A DNA stretch of 64,000 nt. Origin: Podarcis tiliguerta (lineage: Eukaryota). The notes below the pieces were generated by a model that saw only the letters and a list, made by a program, of their open reading frames with translations, was not told the DNA's origin and did not search any database. The stretch is taken from assembly GCA_965153285.1 (NCBI GenBank), contig OZ229114.1; one strand, 5' to 3'. Positions 12,101 to 26,800 of this stretch are shown piece after piece. The position numbers and the translations under genes were made by a program. Each line of letters opens with the position of its first letter. Within the stretch, counting starts at the first letter, position 1.

Positions 12101-15100
12101 AATAGTTGTGGAGTCGTCCTCCTCTTCTCCCTAGTGCAGTCATTTTTGAGGCCTGCAGCAAAATGTGTTGTATGGGGTGTTTCTACCCTCTTTGGGCACC
12201 AATAGTATATTTCATTGAGTTACAGAGGACTTGTATACTTCTCCTCATGTGCCAGTTTCTCTCTTATTTTCATTTAAAATTATCATAGCCCAGCATAGGA
12301 GAAAGAGAGCTTGTAAGTGGCATGCTCCCAATCTTCTGAGCACAGTTAGAAGATTGGAGGTGTTACATCTTAACTGGTTTTATAGTAAGCTGGCATTGCC
12401 TGGCTCAAACAGGGTGAAGTTCAAAATGGTTTTGTCTACTTTTGTTCTGGTTTTTGGGTGAGCACTTTCAAGCAGTTAACCCTATTGTCTGCATTTTTAA
12501 AAAATTTACAGTAGATGGCAGTAGAGTAGAATTAAAAGATACTGCATCTAGAAACTAACCACTATTCTTGTATTCAAATAAAATACAAAATGTAGCGTTC
12601 TTAGTCTGTAGACTGTTGCTTGACACAGACTGTAGTGATGGTATAGTTAGTACTGTAATACCAAATATTTAATATTTCAATCAATAATACTTAATCTTGA
12701 AATAGGAAAGCTTTGTGTGCTGTTTGCAGGCATGAACACTAGAATTTTTAAAAAAAATATTATTAGCACTTCTGAGCCATGGTTTAAAGGGGCAAGATTT
12801 GTGACAACAGCTGTATAGTATACCAATGTAAGGGTGTGTTAATATGTTCATTTCTGAACTATTCATAGATGTGTGTCTGCAAGACCAGGGTGTGTACATT
12901 TGCAACTCTGCACGGCATTGTAGAGCTGCAGAAGTGGCTTCATAGTTGAAGCATGTTGTGTTTCAGCTTGAAAAGTTTAGCCATCTTAAAATCAAAAGGA
13001 CTCCCTATTAGATCATTTTCCCTATTAGAATGACATTTGGCATGGAGGATCTGCTAAACTAACAAAACTTAAGTGTAAACTGATGAAGGCTTGAGTTTTG
13101 CTGCTTTAAAAAATTGCTTTGAGTTATGATTACAACATTAGACCAGAATATATTTACTACTTTCATGGCATGGAAGTTAAGGTGGGCACCATATCAGTTT
13201 CATACTGTGTTGTGCATTAGTGAATTTGTTAGGCCTTAACTGTCTCAAATTGAAGAGCTTTTAGATCCTAGAATTCCAGTTTGTACAAGCCTATGCCAAA
13301 GTAAATAACTAAGTGGATGATACTCAGATGAGACCTAATGGCATATCGCTGAATATTGTTTATTTTTCATCTTTCAAGATTGCTGCTGAACTCTGGCCCC
13401 ACAAAAACTTTTATGCAGCCAGGCCCATAAATATCCTTCATATGGTTACTTGTAGTTTAGCATAAGTTTATATGCATGCCTAATTCTGTTACGTTTGGGG
13501 TTTTCTATTCTTTGTTTTTCTCAGTTGAAAATATGTTGCCATACAGAATGATCTAATCTCCTTATCTTAAACCATCAGTATACATATTCCCCCCCCCCCC
13601 ATAAATGCTGTGAATGCCACTCATGTGAAAGAACTCTACATTCTCAAATTTGGCTTGTTTAGACAATACTTTGCCTCCAGGAGGCAACCATTGTTTGAAC
13701 AGGCTCACAAAGAAAAATCAGGTTATTACACAATTTTGTGTTTTCATCGTTAAGGAAAATTGCAAGGAAGTGAATTGTTATCTTCCTGTCTTACCTAACC
13801 CTGCTTAGCTATTTCAGGCCAGGTGTGGAGGACCTGAACTCTGTACGGATTTTGAATTGAACATGTGTTGGGGTTAGGGCCTGACGGTAGGATTCTGCTC
13901 CACCACCACCACATTCGATCTTGCTGAATTATTCCTTCTATTCAAGTAAAGCACTCTTCTACTAACAAATTTTTAAAATATATTTTTAAATCACTGTAAA
14001 GTGAATAAGAACTGCATTCTTAATATTTTTATTATAATCTTGGCAACATTTATTGTAACGTTTACTCTTGGGAAGTAGAAAGATATTGTTACAACCCATA
14101 TTATGGTTAAGAAGAATTCAGTTTCCCAAGTCAATAGGACAGAGCATCTTCTACTATCAGGGATTTGTGTGTGTTTTGATTGGCAGTTCAACAAAGAGAA
14201 GGTGGCCTCTCAATAGGACAGCATCTGGCTGACATCATGCTGATATTGTTGCAAAAGTTTCTTAAGGGTGTAGCCAACACTGAAAACTCATGCTGTGTTT
14301 ATAGACCATTTGATATGGAATAGAGATGCATGGAAAATGTAGACTTCCTGTTTAAACTATGAAATAAATCAGCAGTGCAGTGCAGTGCAGCAGCTAACAG
14401 GACTAATGCAATTCTAGGTTGCATCAACAAACATATAGCATCCAGGTCATTGGAAGTAATGGTACCACTCTGTATTCTTGAAATGTCAGTTTAAGAAGGA
14501 TAATGACAAACTGGAACATGTCCAGAGGAGAATGAAAGAGCTGGAGACCGTGTCCTGTGAGGAAACACTGAAAGGCGATCCAATGACCATCTTCAAATAT
14601 TTGAATGACTCACGCATGCATGATATTGTAATTTGTTTTACAGAGGGCAGTACCCAAATCAGTGGTATCAAAAGAATTTTGGCTAAAAATTAGGAGTAAC
14701 CTCTTGCTGGTATGTTCTGTTTGACAGTGGAATAGATGGCCTTGGAGAGGCTTTATTCATGCAACATGATTTTTTAGATCTCTTCCAACCCTGATTCTAA
14801 ATATTAAGAGTTTATTCCAACATCATTAATCTCTTAGCACAGTCCCAATTCTAAAAATTATACACTTCCACACTTTCATTGTGTATTTTTGAGGGTAGAT
14901 ACTGATACAGTGGTACCTCAGGTTAAGAACGTAATTCGTTCTGGAGGTCCGTTCTTAACCTGAAACTGTTCTTAACCTGAGGTACCACTTTAGCTAATGG
15001 GCCTTCTGCTGCCGCCATGGCACCAGAGCACAATTTCTGTTCTGATCCTGAAGCAAAGTTCTTAACCCAAGATACTATTTCTGAGTTAGCGGAGTCTGTA

Positions 15101-17495
15101 ACCTGAAGCGCCTGTAACCTAAGGTACCACTGTATTCTGGTTTAAGCTCCATATAAGATATATTTTACTGTTTCTGTGTTCAGGTTTACTTTGCAGAGTT
15201 TAATTTGTTCTTTCTCTAATTTCCATAGATTATAAGCACACCACAAAGACTGACCAATTCGGGAAGTGTTCTCATTGGGTGTCCCTACACCACAGCATCA
15301 GCCATGGTCACACAGATGCATATAACTGAAGCCACTGGCTGGGTTCCAGGGTAAATAATCCGTTCTTGCATGTTCATTCTGAGTTCCATGTTTTCTTCAT
15401 AAGTTAGGAATTCTACTTAATGCACCTTTTGACTTTTGTATGCAAACATGTAGCCGCTTGACTTTGGTCAAGGTTCATTAAGTTACATAATTTATATATG
15501 GGATGATAGAAATAATGGAGACTATTTGCGCAATTAAAACAAGTCCTTACTCCTTCATTAAATTTCTGTTGTATGTATAGCATCACACTTGCATATTAGA
15601 GAAGTATGCCAATCTGGAAGTAGGGCTAAGCAAAGGCTATTCTTTTAAAATCTAGTTTGCCAGTGTAAGTTCCATTGGTGAGCAACAAAATGGGCTGCTG
15701 TTGCATAGAGCTTTGCTCTTCATCAAGAGGTTAAGAGGTATTTTGGGCCTTACTATGCAGCTATTCTGAACGGTTTTGAAGCTGTGCTATTTAAAACATT
15801 TTAAATATTCAGTGTTCATTAGAATGGCAAAGATTTTGATTTCATGCTGATAATATATATAAAGAAATTGGAAGGGGTGAACACTTTGAATTTAGCAGCT
15901 GGGCTTGGTTTATTGTGAATTTTGCTGAGTTGCTTTATCTATTTTCACTCATTCTAGAAGCTTGTAAGATCTATATGGTGCTAGAGATAGTCTTAATTTT
16001 TGGTAACTAGAGATATGGTTGCTGTAACATCATCTGCTTTTGTTTGCCTAAGTTATCCAAGATCTCTTTAACTTGCAGGTATGGAATACAGGAATATTTT
16101 TTTTTATAAAAAAAACCCTCTATCCTTTAGGGCACTCATTATCTTTCACCTTCACTTCTCCCAGCTAGCTAAGAAGCAGAGTAAACAACTTCAGAAAGCT
16201 ATCCACTACAACCCAAAGGTCTCACTCCTGGTCAGTCACTGCCACTTCAGACCCTACGAGCATATATGTGAAATTGATATTCTTTTTGCCCCTACATGCA
16301 TCACTTTACACCTGCATACATTGAATTGTATTTGCCATTTTACTGCCCATTCAACTCAGTTTGGAGAGACCCTTCACAGCTCCTTTTTGTTACTGCCACC
16401 CGGAACAATTTCATATCATGAGCAAACTTGGCTGCCTCACTGAATACCCCTAACTAAGTGATTTATGAACAAGTTAAAAAGGACAAGTCCCAATATTGAT
16501 CCTTGAGGGACTCCACTTTCTACATCCCTTCATTGTGAGAACTGTCCATTTATTCCTACTTTGTTTCCTGTTTCTTAACCAGAGGACCTCTCTGTTCCAT
16601 GACTGGTGTGATCTTGCATGCATCAAAAGCTTTTTAAAAGTCAAAATACATGTCACCTGGATCACCTCTATCATATGCCTGTTGACAGTCTTAAAAAAAA
16701 TTACAGGTTAGAGAGACAGGACTTACTCTTATAGAAGCCCCACTGGTTCCACTATGCTTGGTAATTTTGTCTTTGACAATGCTTATCTCTGGCTTTTTGT
16801 TAGTGGTTCAGCGATTTCACATTTGAGTTTTTTAAGAACTATTGGGTGGCAGCCATCCAGACCTGGCAACCTGTCATTTTTTTTAAAAAAATGTCAATAA
16901 TACCTCAAACTATGTCTTTTGTCTCCACTATTTGCCGCAGTTCCTCACACTGTGAAAGTTAATTTCAGCACAGGGATCTGCCCTATATCTTCCACTGTGA
17001 AGATAGATGCATATAATTCATTTATTCTCTCCACAATCTCCTTATCCTACTTCAATACACCTTTAACTCTATTGTCATCCAAAGGTCCAACTGCCTTCCT
17101 AGCTGGTCTCTTGATGCTTATGTATTTAAATATTTCTTGGTTGGTGGTCTTCATGTTTTTAGCAATGTGCTCCTTAATTATCTTTCAGCATCCCTTATTG
17201 TCTGCTTGTATTTATTTTGCCAAAATTTGTGTTCCCGTTCATTTCCACATTTCAACAAGACTTGCATTTTCTAAAGGAAGTTTTCTTGTCTCTAATGGCT
17301 GCTTTTATGCTGCTCGTTAATGGCACAGGCACCCTATTAGCCCTGGTCATATCTTTTCTCGATTTTGTGGTTTTAAACAACTCATAAGGATTTTGGAGAA
17401 ATCCAACTCTCTTGACTTTCCTTTTCAACTTAATAATCACGATAACAACAAATTTTCTATACCACCTTTCATCCGAGGATCACAGAGTGGTATGC

Positions 17496-17528
<33 letters not shown>

Positions 17529-20500
17529 ATATATATATATATATATACATACAATCCCCTCATTATCAAATGTGGCCATGTTGGATTTTCTTAGCAATTG
17601 TCCATTTACATATATATATTGAATAGGATAGAACTGTAATCACTGTTCCCAATTGCTTCAGCAATATTTACATCTATACTATCTTCACCCACAATGATTC
17701 GGTAGAGAAGCTTTCCTCTTTTGTGATTTCTGGCTTGTCAGATTGTATGTCCTCTTCCACAGACGAATACCACCTCCCCCAGTGTGCCCTTTCCTTCCTC
17801 CTTATAGTGATTGTATCCAAATGTTTCTGCAAAATAATAATAATATATTTTTACCCCATCCATCTCTGGGCGGCTCCCAACAGAATATTAAAAACACAAT
17901 AAAACATCAGACATTAAAATCTTCTCTAAACATAGTAAAATAGTAATAATGAGAAGGCCCATTTCTTTGTTGCCACACAGTTGAGTTCTCTCGCTTATTG
18001 CACAGCTAGCAAGGCCTCTTCTAAAGGTCTTAGTAATCAGATAGGTCTATATATAAGAGGAAACGTTCTCTCAGGTAAATGGTTCCCAAGTTGCTTAAGG
18101 CTCCATACGTTAATGACAGGCGCTTTAACCTGGCTTGGTAGCAAACCAGAGGTAGTGCAACCCCATCCAGAACAGGCAAACTACCTAACACCCATTTACC
18201 CACAGCACCTTCCAGTCAAAGGTGTGGGATGTTTCTGATAGTTGGAGCCAGTCTCCTCCTCCTCCTGCTGCTCTACATATGAACTTCTTCCTTTGGGCTG
18301 GTTGTGGAGGATAAGTAAGCAGAGTGCATGTGTCTGCTTGTTTGAATAACTCCCTTGCTCTAGGGGCAGGACAAGGAAAGCATGTTGGGAGGAGAAGCAC
18401 TGCCAAGACCCACCTTAGCTATATAGGCACTGCAAAGATGAAAACAGGAAAAGCAGCAGGAGCAACAGCTGCTAATGTGGTGCAGTCTGCCCAGGTCTTG
18501 AGCAGGCAACCAGCAGAGGAAAATGGTGCAATCTTCACCACTCAGGCTTTTCTTGAGTTTTGTTTGAGGATCAACCACTTTCACAGTTCATTGCATGGAC
18601 TGAGGACCTGGTTGTTTCATCTCATTATTTTTTTTAAATTGAGGAACTACTACATATAATCGGAATGCAACAAACACAATAAGAAACAGAAACGTTTATA
18701 CAGTGGTACCTCTGGTTACTTACTTAATTCGTTCCGGAGGTCTGTTCTTAACCTGAAACTGTTCTTAACCTGGAGCACCACTTTAGCTAATGGGGGCCCC
18801 CTGTGATTTCTATTCTCATCTATTTCTGGGTTAGCGGAGTCTGTAACCTGAAGCGTATGTAACCCGAGGTACCACTGTACGAGCGTATAACAATGTGAAT
18901 GAAATCACATATCCTCTTAAAAATTGGCTTTAAGAGAGAACTAGGGCAGAGAGTGTTATGACCAGTTTGAGAACTGATGTGGCCAGTTTGTTCCTGTCCG
19001 GGTCCCTACAAGAGTTCTGCAAAAGTTAGAAAAGGGCAAGAGCTGTTCTAGAGCTACCCCAGGCACCAGCACTACAAAAGGCAGCAGAAATAATTCTCCA
19101 GCTGTTTTATCATCCAGTTCTTCTACCAGGGTTCCTTTCTTAAGAACTCTTGGGTCTATCAAAATTTCTCTTCCATTGGCCTTCTTCCCTACGGAGAAGT
19201 TATTGCCCATTTTCCCCAATAAGATGCTCATTTAGTATGTCCAGGAAGGCCTGCTGATCAGCCCCCGTTCCCCAGCAAGGTTTCAGGTTCCTCAGCTGGA
19301 GCTCAGGAAGGTGATCAGGGAATGATGTTGAACAGAAACAACATTTCTCATCCCAGCAAAACTCTTACAACTGAATCTCACCCATTGGTTTTATTTCTAT
19401 AAATTCATCTAAATAAAATAACTCTTTAACCAAGGAATCACTTAGTGGTGTAAACTGAATAATTTGAAACAATCAATGTACAAATAAATTCCAATTTATT
19501 TAAGTTTTAATTGGATTTAAGTTTAGTCAAGTTGCATTCCCCTAGGGGCAATTACAACTATTACAAATTATGCTCAATATATTTGACTAGCTTTAAAAAT
19601 GAATAAAGCAAGTACTTAAAATATTTAGAATAGGTATAACTTGTGCTATGAAACATTAGTACAGCCTAAAATCCATATTTTGATATGTGCTGTTTTTTAA
19701 CGTTTACAGGGATAGAAAACGAACTCGAGACTTTATGGAATCAGATTTTTCGGAAAGGTTTGTATCAGTGCTGCATCCTGAATATCTGACCTTTGAACTT
19801 GTTAGCAAGATTTCATTTTTAATTGTTGGTGTCTTTCCATCTCCCTGAAATAGTTCAGTTTACTGTAATAGAGCAAATAATATTGTCCTTTGTTGTACTT
19901 GCACACTTATTCTAACAGATTGTCTGGCTCGAACTAATAACTGTCCGGTTGTTTATATAACTTGCAAAATATTTGGAAATGCAGTTTTGTAGGGGTGATA
20001 AGATCTATCATTGACTTCTGGTGAGAAAAATATATTTAAATCACCATGTGCTTTTCTGCAGGCACAATTCTGGTAAACGTACTTCAGTGCTTTATCAATC
20101 ACTACAGGGCTACACTTGTAAGACTTTATAGCAATTGAATTTTACTACTTGTATATAGGAAGCAAAAGTGAAGTTAGTGACGGTAAAAAAAATATGTTAG
20201 AGTCATAGTAGAGCAAATGGTTTTCACGTCAAAAGGTCCCAGGTTCAGTTCCCACCATCTCTACCAGCAACTTCATATGCAGGGGCAGTATTGCACTGGA
20301 TTCTGGCTGCTGGGGAGGGGGGGCTGTACAGTAGTGGTAGGCTACTGACCTCATGCCCTGTCTGTGGGCTTCACAGTCTAGCTAGTTACTAACAGGAGCA
20401 AAGTACTGAACTATATGTGCTTTTGATCTGACCCCACGAGGTTTTCTTTGCCACTGCAAGTAAAAAAATGGCAAATACACCATTTGATTCTATTATACGT

Positions 20501-23500
20501 GAGTTGTAAGCAAGTATACCATTGTAGAATTTCCAAAAAACATAGAATCATATCCCCAGAAGAAAAACATTATGAGCTTCGAGCAAATTATTTGATTTGC
20601 TACTGGTTTTTTGGTTTGAAAATGATTACATTTCAGAGTAGGTTCTACAGTACATTAAACCATCTAGCTAGTTTACTAGAATTTTGGAAGTGCAGAAGAA
20701 CACATTCATAATGTAAGCACAAAGCAGTATCTTGCAAGAAAGAGAATGAAATTAAAATTGCATGGCTGATTCTAGCAGCATAAATTATTTATCATATTCT
20801 CCCAAATAAACATTTTTTTCAGATACTGCACCTTCCAGCAAACAGATAGTGCTTAACATGAAAAATCTGTGATTGGTCTTTGTTGTCAAACTTAAGATTT
20901 GAATTTTTCTTCATCACAGTAAAAGAAGCAGAAAAGGAGATAAAAATGGAAAGGGTTTGAGACATTTTTCAATGAAAGTATGTGAAAAGGTCCAGCATAA
21001 AGGAACAACATCTTATAATGAAGTTGCAGATGAGCTGGTATCGGATTTTACAAACTCTAATGGCCACTTAGCTACAGATTCAGTAAGTAGAAAGTAACAT
21101 TCATACACATCTAATATTTTGCAACCCACATGTTCAAATTAAAATATTATGTGTAAACTATTAAGGGCTTGAAGAGACCAATGCTCTTTCCACCCCACCC
21201 TCAATTTTCTTCCCTACCCCACTTTTGCTGAAACACTTACCAATCTATGCCTCAGCTATTTTCAGTCATAGATTGACATAATAAACTTGTACAGTCTGTT
21301 CAGTTTCCTTTAGAGCTGTCTATCTGTCTCTCTCTGACTCAATTGCTGTCAACATTCTGTAAGCCCTGGGACCTCACATGTGCTTGTTAGCCCATTTTCA
21401 GCTTTTAAATCCCTGCTCTCTCTCCCCTACACCTGCCCCATGAATTTACAAACTTGTATACAGTGGTACCTCGGGTTAAGTACTTAATTCGTTCCGGAGG
21501 TCCGTTCTTAACCTGAAACTGTTCTTAACCTGAAGCACCACTTTAGCTAATGGGGCCTCCTGTTGCTGCTGCGCCGCCGGAGCACGATTTCTGTTCTCAT
21601 CCTGAAGCAAAGTTCTTAACCTGAAGCACTATTTCTGGGTTAGCAGAGTCTGTAACCTGAAGCGTATGTAACCCGAGGTACCACCATTGCGACTCTTCGA
21701 AGTAGATGGAAACCATTCCCTTATTTTGGAGCCAGTCCTATTTTAGCTTTAAACTTATAGACACTCAGCTGCCTCAGTTTGCTATAAGAGTGATGTTTTT
21801 GCTGAGATGCAGTAGTGAGCAGCACCTTCAATGAAGGACTGAAATGGGTAGATCACTTTTCAGCACTATAAAACCTTTTTTGCAGGCTGCTGTTGTGAAA
21901 TCTTACCATTAGGAAATTGTGATTGTGAAATCTCATGGTCCAAGGGCGAGTAGAGGAGCGCTCCTCTCGCTGTCCAGGATTGCCCTGCCAGGTTCAAGGA
22001 GCAGAGTGGCTGCAGCTCTGCAACACCTGCGAGCGGGGGGAGACATGATTGTGTGGGGAGTGATGATGCAGGTGGCATTGAGGTGGCGGGAGATGTAGCC
22101 ACTCTTTGGAAGCTTCTGCTGCCAGCACTGCTTCCTCTGAGCCCAAATTAGAAAAGTATGAGCAGATATAGAAAGGGGAAGAATGCAGCAGTCACAGAGC
22201 TTGGACGTATTTAAACTGCTTTAATATTCAGCATCAGTTGACGTGTTAGCTTTCTCAATTTTTCATGGTTTAGTCTAGCAATCTATAGATTAAAACATCT
22301 GTTTTATTGCCCTTTCAGTCTGTTCAAATGTTGCCTTATGTTTTTAATAAAAAAGACATGCTTATAACGTGGCATTTTCAAAGATTCAGTACTCTAATAA
22401 TTCTGTAATCAAACTTGCAAATGTTGTTCTTACGGCTAATTAGGTAATAAATTGGACCTCTCTTGGCCCCTGTTCAGCTTTGGATATAATCAAGGCAACT
22501 TTTTGCATGATATTTTTCCTATTTTGTATACTTTTTTTCAATTATGTAGTTACTTCTGAGCATGTAAATACTTAAAGAGACAATATTCACATTAATTTAT
22601 ATATGCCTTTTCCACATTCCTGTGGAAGAATATGAGATATGTATGTGATTGGGAAGGAGAACCACCACTGGTTTGATATTGTATATATCTTGGTTTTCTA
22701 CAAGCTTGGCCCGTAAATATTAGTTATAGTGTTCACATTAATGTCTTGCCTGCAGTGAAACCTTTATATGCATTTTAAAATGATTTAATACTGTTTTTCA
22801 TACCTGTAGTGAGCTGATGATATATTTAACAGTATTGCATTTTAAACAGGTTTATGATCAGAAGAATATTAGGCGGAGAGTTTATGATGCCCTCAATGTA
22901 TTGATGGCGATGAACATTATTTCAAAGGAGAAAAAAGAAATCAAATGGATAGGTCTTCCTACAAACTCTGCTCAAGAATGTCAAAACCTTGAGGTGAGTG
23001 AGGGATGTAAAATTTATATTGGCAAACATTGTATTTTCTGTGTATAAAATGGAGACGCATGAATTCTACTTTAAGTAGAGTGATTCTATATAAATTATGA
23101 GTATGAGTGCTATCTGTGTGGGCCCCACACCAACCCAAAAAATATAGAAGTTTATTAATCTTTACATACTGTTTTTATAGATGTATAATAAAATCTTAGT
23201 CTTAAGAAATATACTGTAAACTGCTCTGGAATATTAATTGTAGGGCAGCTTTAAAAGGAAACTAAACAATAAACAGTAACTTCAAAATATAATAGTTTTT
23301 ATACCTAAGTCCCAATCAGAATTGCAGTGTTCTGGTTAGCTGCCCCATGTTAAAGTATTGTCTCATTTTTAACTTAAACTTTGCTGACTTCCCTACTTGA
23401 TTGATGCAGCACGAAAGGTTCTGATGGCATCTGAAGTGCATCTGATGATTTTGCAATATATGTCCTATATGCTGCGATTCAGGTTCCCTAAAACAGTCAT

Positions 23501-23846
23501 GAAGCAGTTTCACCTTGGCCCAGAGGAAAAGACACTTCTGTGTATTTATCTACTGTTTTGTAACTTTCTTTTCATATTTGTATTTAAGATAGAGAAACAA
23601 CGACGTATAGAACGTATAAAACAGAAGAGAGCTCAGCTGCAAGAACTTATACTTCAGGTATATTTTTCAAATGTATGATATCACTTAAATCCATTGGGGG
23701 GATGTTCAGCTAACTCACAGTAGGCTTGTTGAAATTAATGGACCTAACTTAGTCATGTTCATTAAATTCAGTCAGTCTACTCTGAGTAAAACTTTGTTGA
23801 ATGCACTACATGTTGTTTACTAGTGTTAAGTGGTGTGGTTTTAATA

Positions 23847-23880
<34 letters not shown>

Positions 23881-26800
23881 AGCATTCTTAAACTAGCAGA
23901 GTGCATATGTCAATGTTTCCTTCAGCTGTAAACTAAAATAAGTTTGCCTTTTGAAAAGCAGCCTGTCTCCTAATACAGCAAATAAGTGTTCAAAGGAATC
24001 TGTAACAAACCAGTATGAACGCAGAAGTCATTCCCTGTCTAGCATCACAGAAAATCAGTGACATTTTCTGATTTAACCTACATTTGTTTATCAAAATCTG
24101 CAGTAATACTAAAATGTAAGCTTCTCAATGCTTCACCTAATACTAAAACAATTCTCAGGACAGGTTTTGTTATGTGTTTTAAAATTTGATAAATTTCATT
24201 TCCTTCTACAGCAAATTGCTTTCAAAAATTTGGTACAAAGAAATCAACAAAATGAACAACAGACTCAGGGTGCTCCAGCTTTAAATTCTACAATACAACT
24301 GCCTTTTCTAATAATAAACACAAGCAAAAGTACCGTCATAGATTGCAGCATCTCTCCTGACAAGTGAGTGTGATATTAAAGCACATGCTGTAGTGTTGAG
24401 TGCTTTGTAATAAGTCTAAGAAACCATTTTTCTAAATTAAAAAAAACAACAATTTGCCACCAGATTTTACTCATTTCTCTCCCAATTCATGTTGAGTTTT
24501 TTATGTTCGGTCCGCCTGATGAGGAAGGCCTCTGTGTTGAAACACTTTTGACATTGTATAGGATTTGACCTGCTAAGATGTTGTTATCAGTATATTGGTA
24601 TTTATGATTATTTTTGAAATAAAGATTTTTTATTTTTTAAAAATAGTACATTTCCCCCTTTCACTTTGTTTTTTGGCTGTTGGTCATGCTGGCCAGAAGG
24701 CACCACCACACTTACTGTGGTAAGCAGAATTGTTGGTGCCTGGTTTTATATTCTAATTTGTGTTATAAAAACTTTCATAATAAAACTGGCTAACAACAAA
24801 ATATCTTGTTTCTGGAACAGCTTCTCTAATAGCAATTATAAGCTGTCCTATAAGTTATTTTTACCAATTTTATACGGCTAAAGAACCTAAGTAGGGATGA
24901 AATACACTTAAAATGCATTTGGTGGGCAGGAGGGGGGGGCACTGAATTTGAGTGAGGAGTTTGTAGATGACCTTTAAAATCCATTTGGTTTAGTACAAGA
25001 AAAGATTTTGGCTTAAGCAAGATTTCCCCTCAACTTTGAATCTGTTTAATGAGGGGGGAAAGTTTATGGACTCCTATTGCCTCACATGGAAAAAGTGTTT
25101 TTAATTGGGGAAATATAATAATTTGTACCCTGCTGAGATGGCAGTTGACCAGATGCAATCAGAAGCACTTTCTGTACCTAGTTATGTTTTAAATATAGCT
25201 TTGACTCATGAAGTAATCCTGCCAGTGTAATTGTATTTGGGCATTTACTAACATATAATTTAGAAAATGCATCTAAGCTGTACTAGGAAATCTCACTCAT
25301 TTCCCCCCTCTTACAGATTTGAATACCTTTTTAATTTTGATAGCACTTTTGAGATCCATGATGACACTGAAGTATTAAAGCGAATGGGAATGTCACTTGG
25401 CCTAGAGACAGGCAAATGCTCATCGGCAGACCTAAGAGCTGCTAAATCACTAGTGCCTAAAGCTTTAGAAAGCTATGTCACAGGTAAGGCTGTGGTTTTT
25501 GCATGTTGCTGATTAAATGCAAATCCTCACCATTGTGAAGAATTTCTAATGATGTCAGGCTGCATGAAGATGGCAATACTGAGTGATTTATGAAAGTTGG
25601 CAGTATTGTACAAACTAAATCACAGGTTTAAAAGTAGTCATCTGCAATTAGAGATTCCAGAACTTGTAAATAAACCCAAGTGCTTGAATGGTGTACTATT
25701 CAAAGTAGTGCCATTAATAATTCCTGCTGACACTCTGCTATTTCAAACTAAGGGAGTGTCTACATATTTTTAAAGTCCTGCGAAAAAGTATGCTGCACAG
25801 TTTCAGTAAAGGTATCTAGCAAATGTATTGACGATCAAGGGGCTGATTCTGGCTACAGAATCTCTCTTAGTGGAACGATACTTGAAGTGGCTTGCTACAC
25901 ACAGTCACAAAATAGATAAGCTAAAGAACCACTTTAAACAATTTGTGACATAGGCAGAGCAGATTATGTTATACTTTAAACCAGCCTTCTCCAATCTGGT
26001 GCCCTCGAGCTATTGTTGAACTACAATTTTCACTGCCCCAGACTATTTGCTTTGCTAAGGGGCAGCAGGCACACCAAATAAGGAATATTATTGTGGTCAC
26101 CAAGCCTTCTTTAAACACAAAATAGGTTGCTGCCAAAAAGGTGCCTGGTGCTCATCACCCTGAAGGTGACAGGCTTTCCTTCTTTGAAAGGAGGACTGTA
26201 GAGCACAGAGGGAGTCATGTGAGTATATGTGAGCTACTCTTGGAAGCTGCTCTCCTCCCCCTCTCCAGGGTTTTCCTCGAACCCCCCCTATGCCGAATTT
26301 TGCAGCTTGTTGAGAGGAGAGTGGGAGAAAACCCCATTGTGCAAGTGGCTTCCACTGATGAGATTGGCTAGGTGAATCCCAACCCATTGTGTCCCCAGAG
26401 AAATTTTCCTTGTTTAGTGAATATAACCACCTTTTTTACACTAACATATGCATAATTTAAGAGTAACACACAACATATTTTAAAGCTGCAAATGGCAAAT
26501 CTTATGTTTTGTCTTTCTTTTCAGTGATAGTTTCAATATTTCTTAGGACTTTTGATTGTCCTTATGAACAGGGAGCAATATGGGGATTTGTTTTTTTTTA
26601 TCGTTCTCTTTGCAAACAGCTATTTCAAAGGACTCCTATCTGTTCTCTTAATCATAACATAATTACGCAATGTAGAGTTGTGGCTAGATCTGTCTAATCT
26701 GCATAGTTACAGAAACCAGAGGCCTATACATACAAACAAACAAAGTATCTGATTTAAATGTGTGTTGTACAAATTTTCAGGGAGAGGATCGCAGTGAGAT

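Noticed and set aside
14478-14693. ORF with an RT C-terminal-like peptide
   Set aside because: A decayed CR1 fragment with deletions, not a functional gene.
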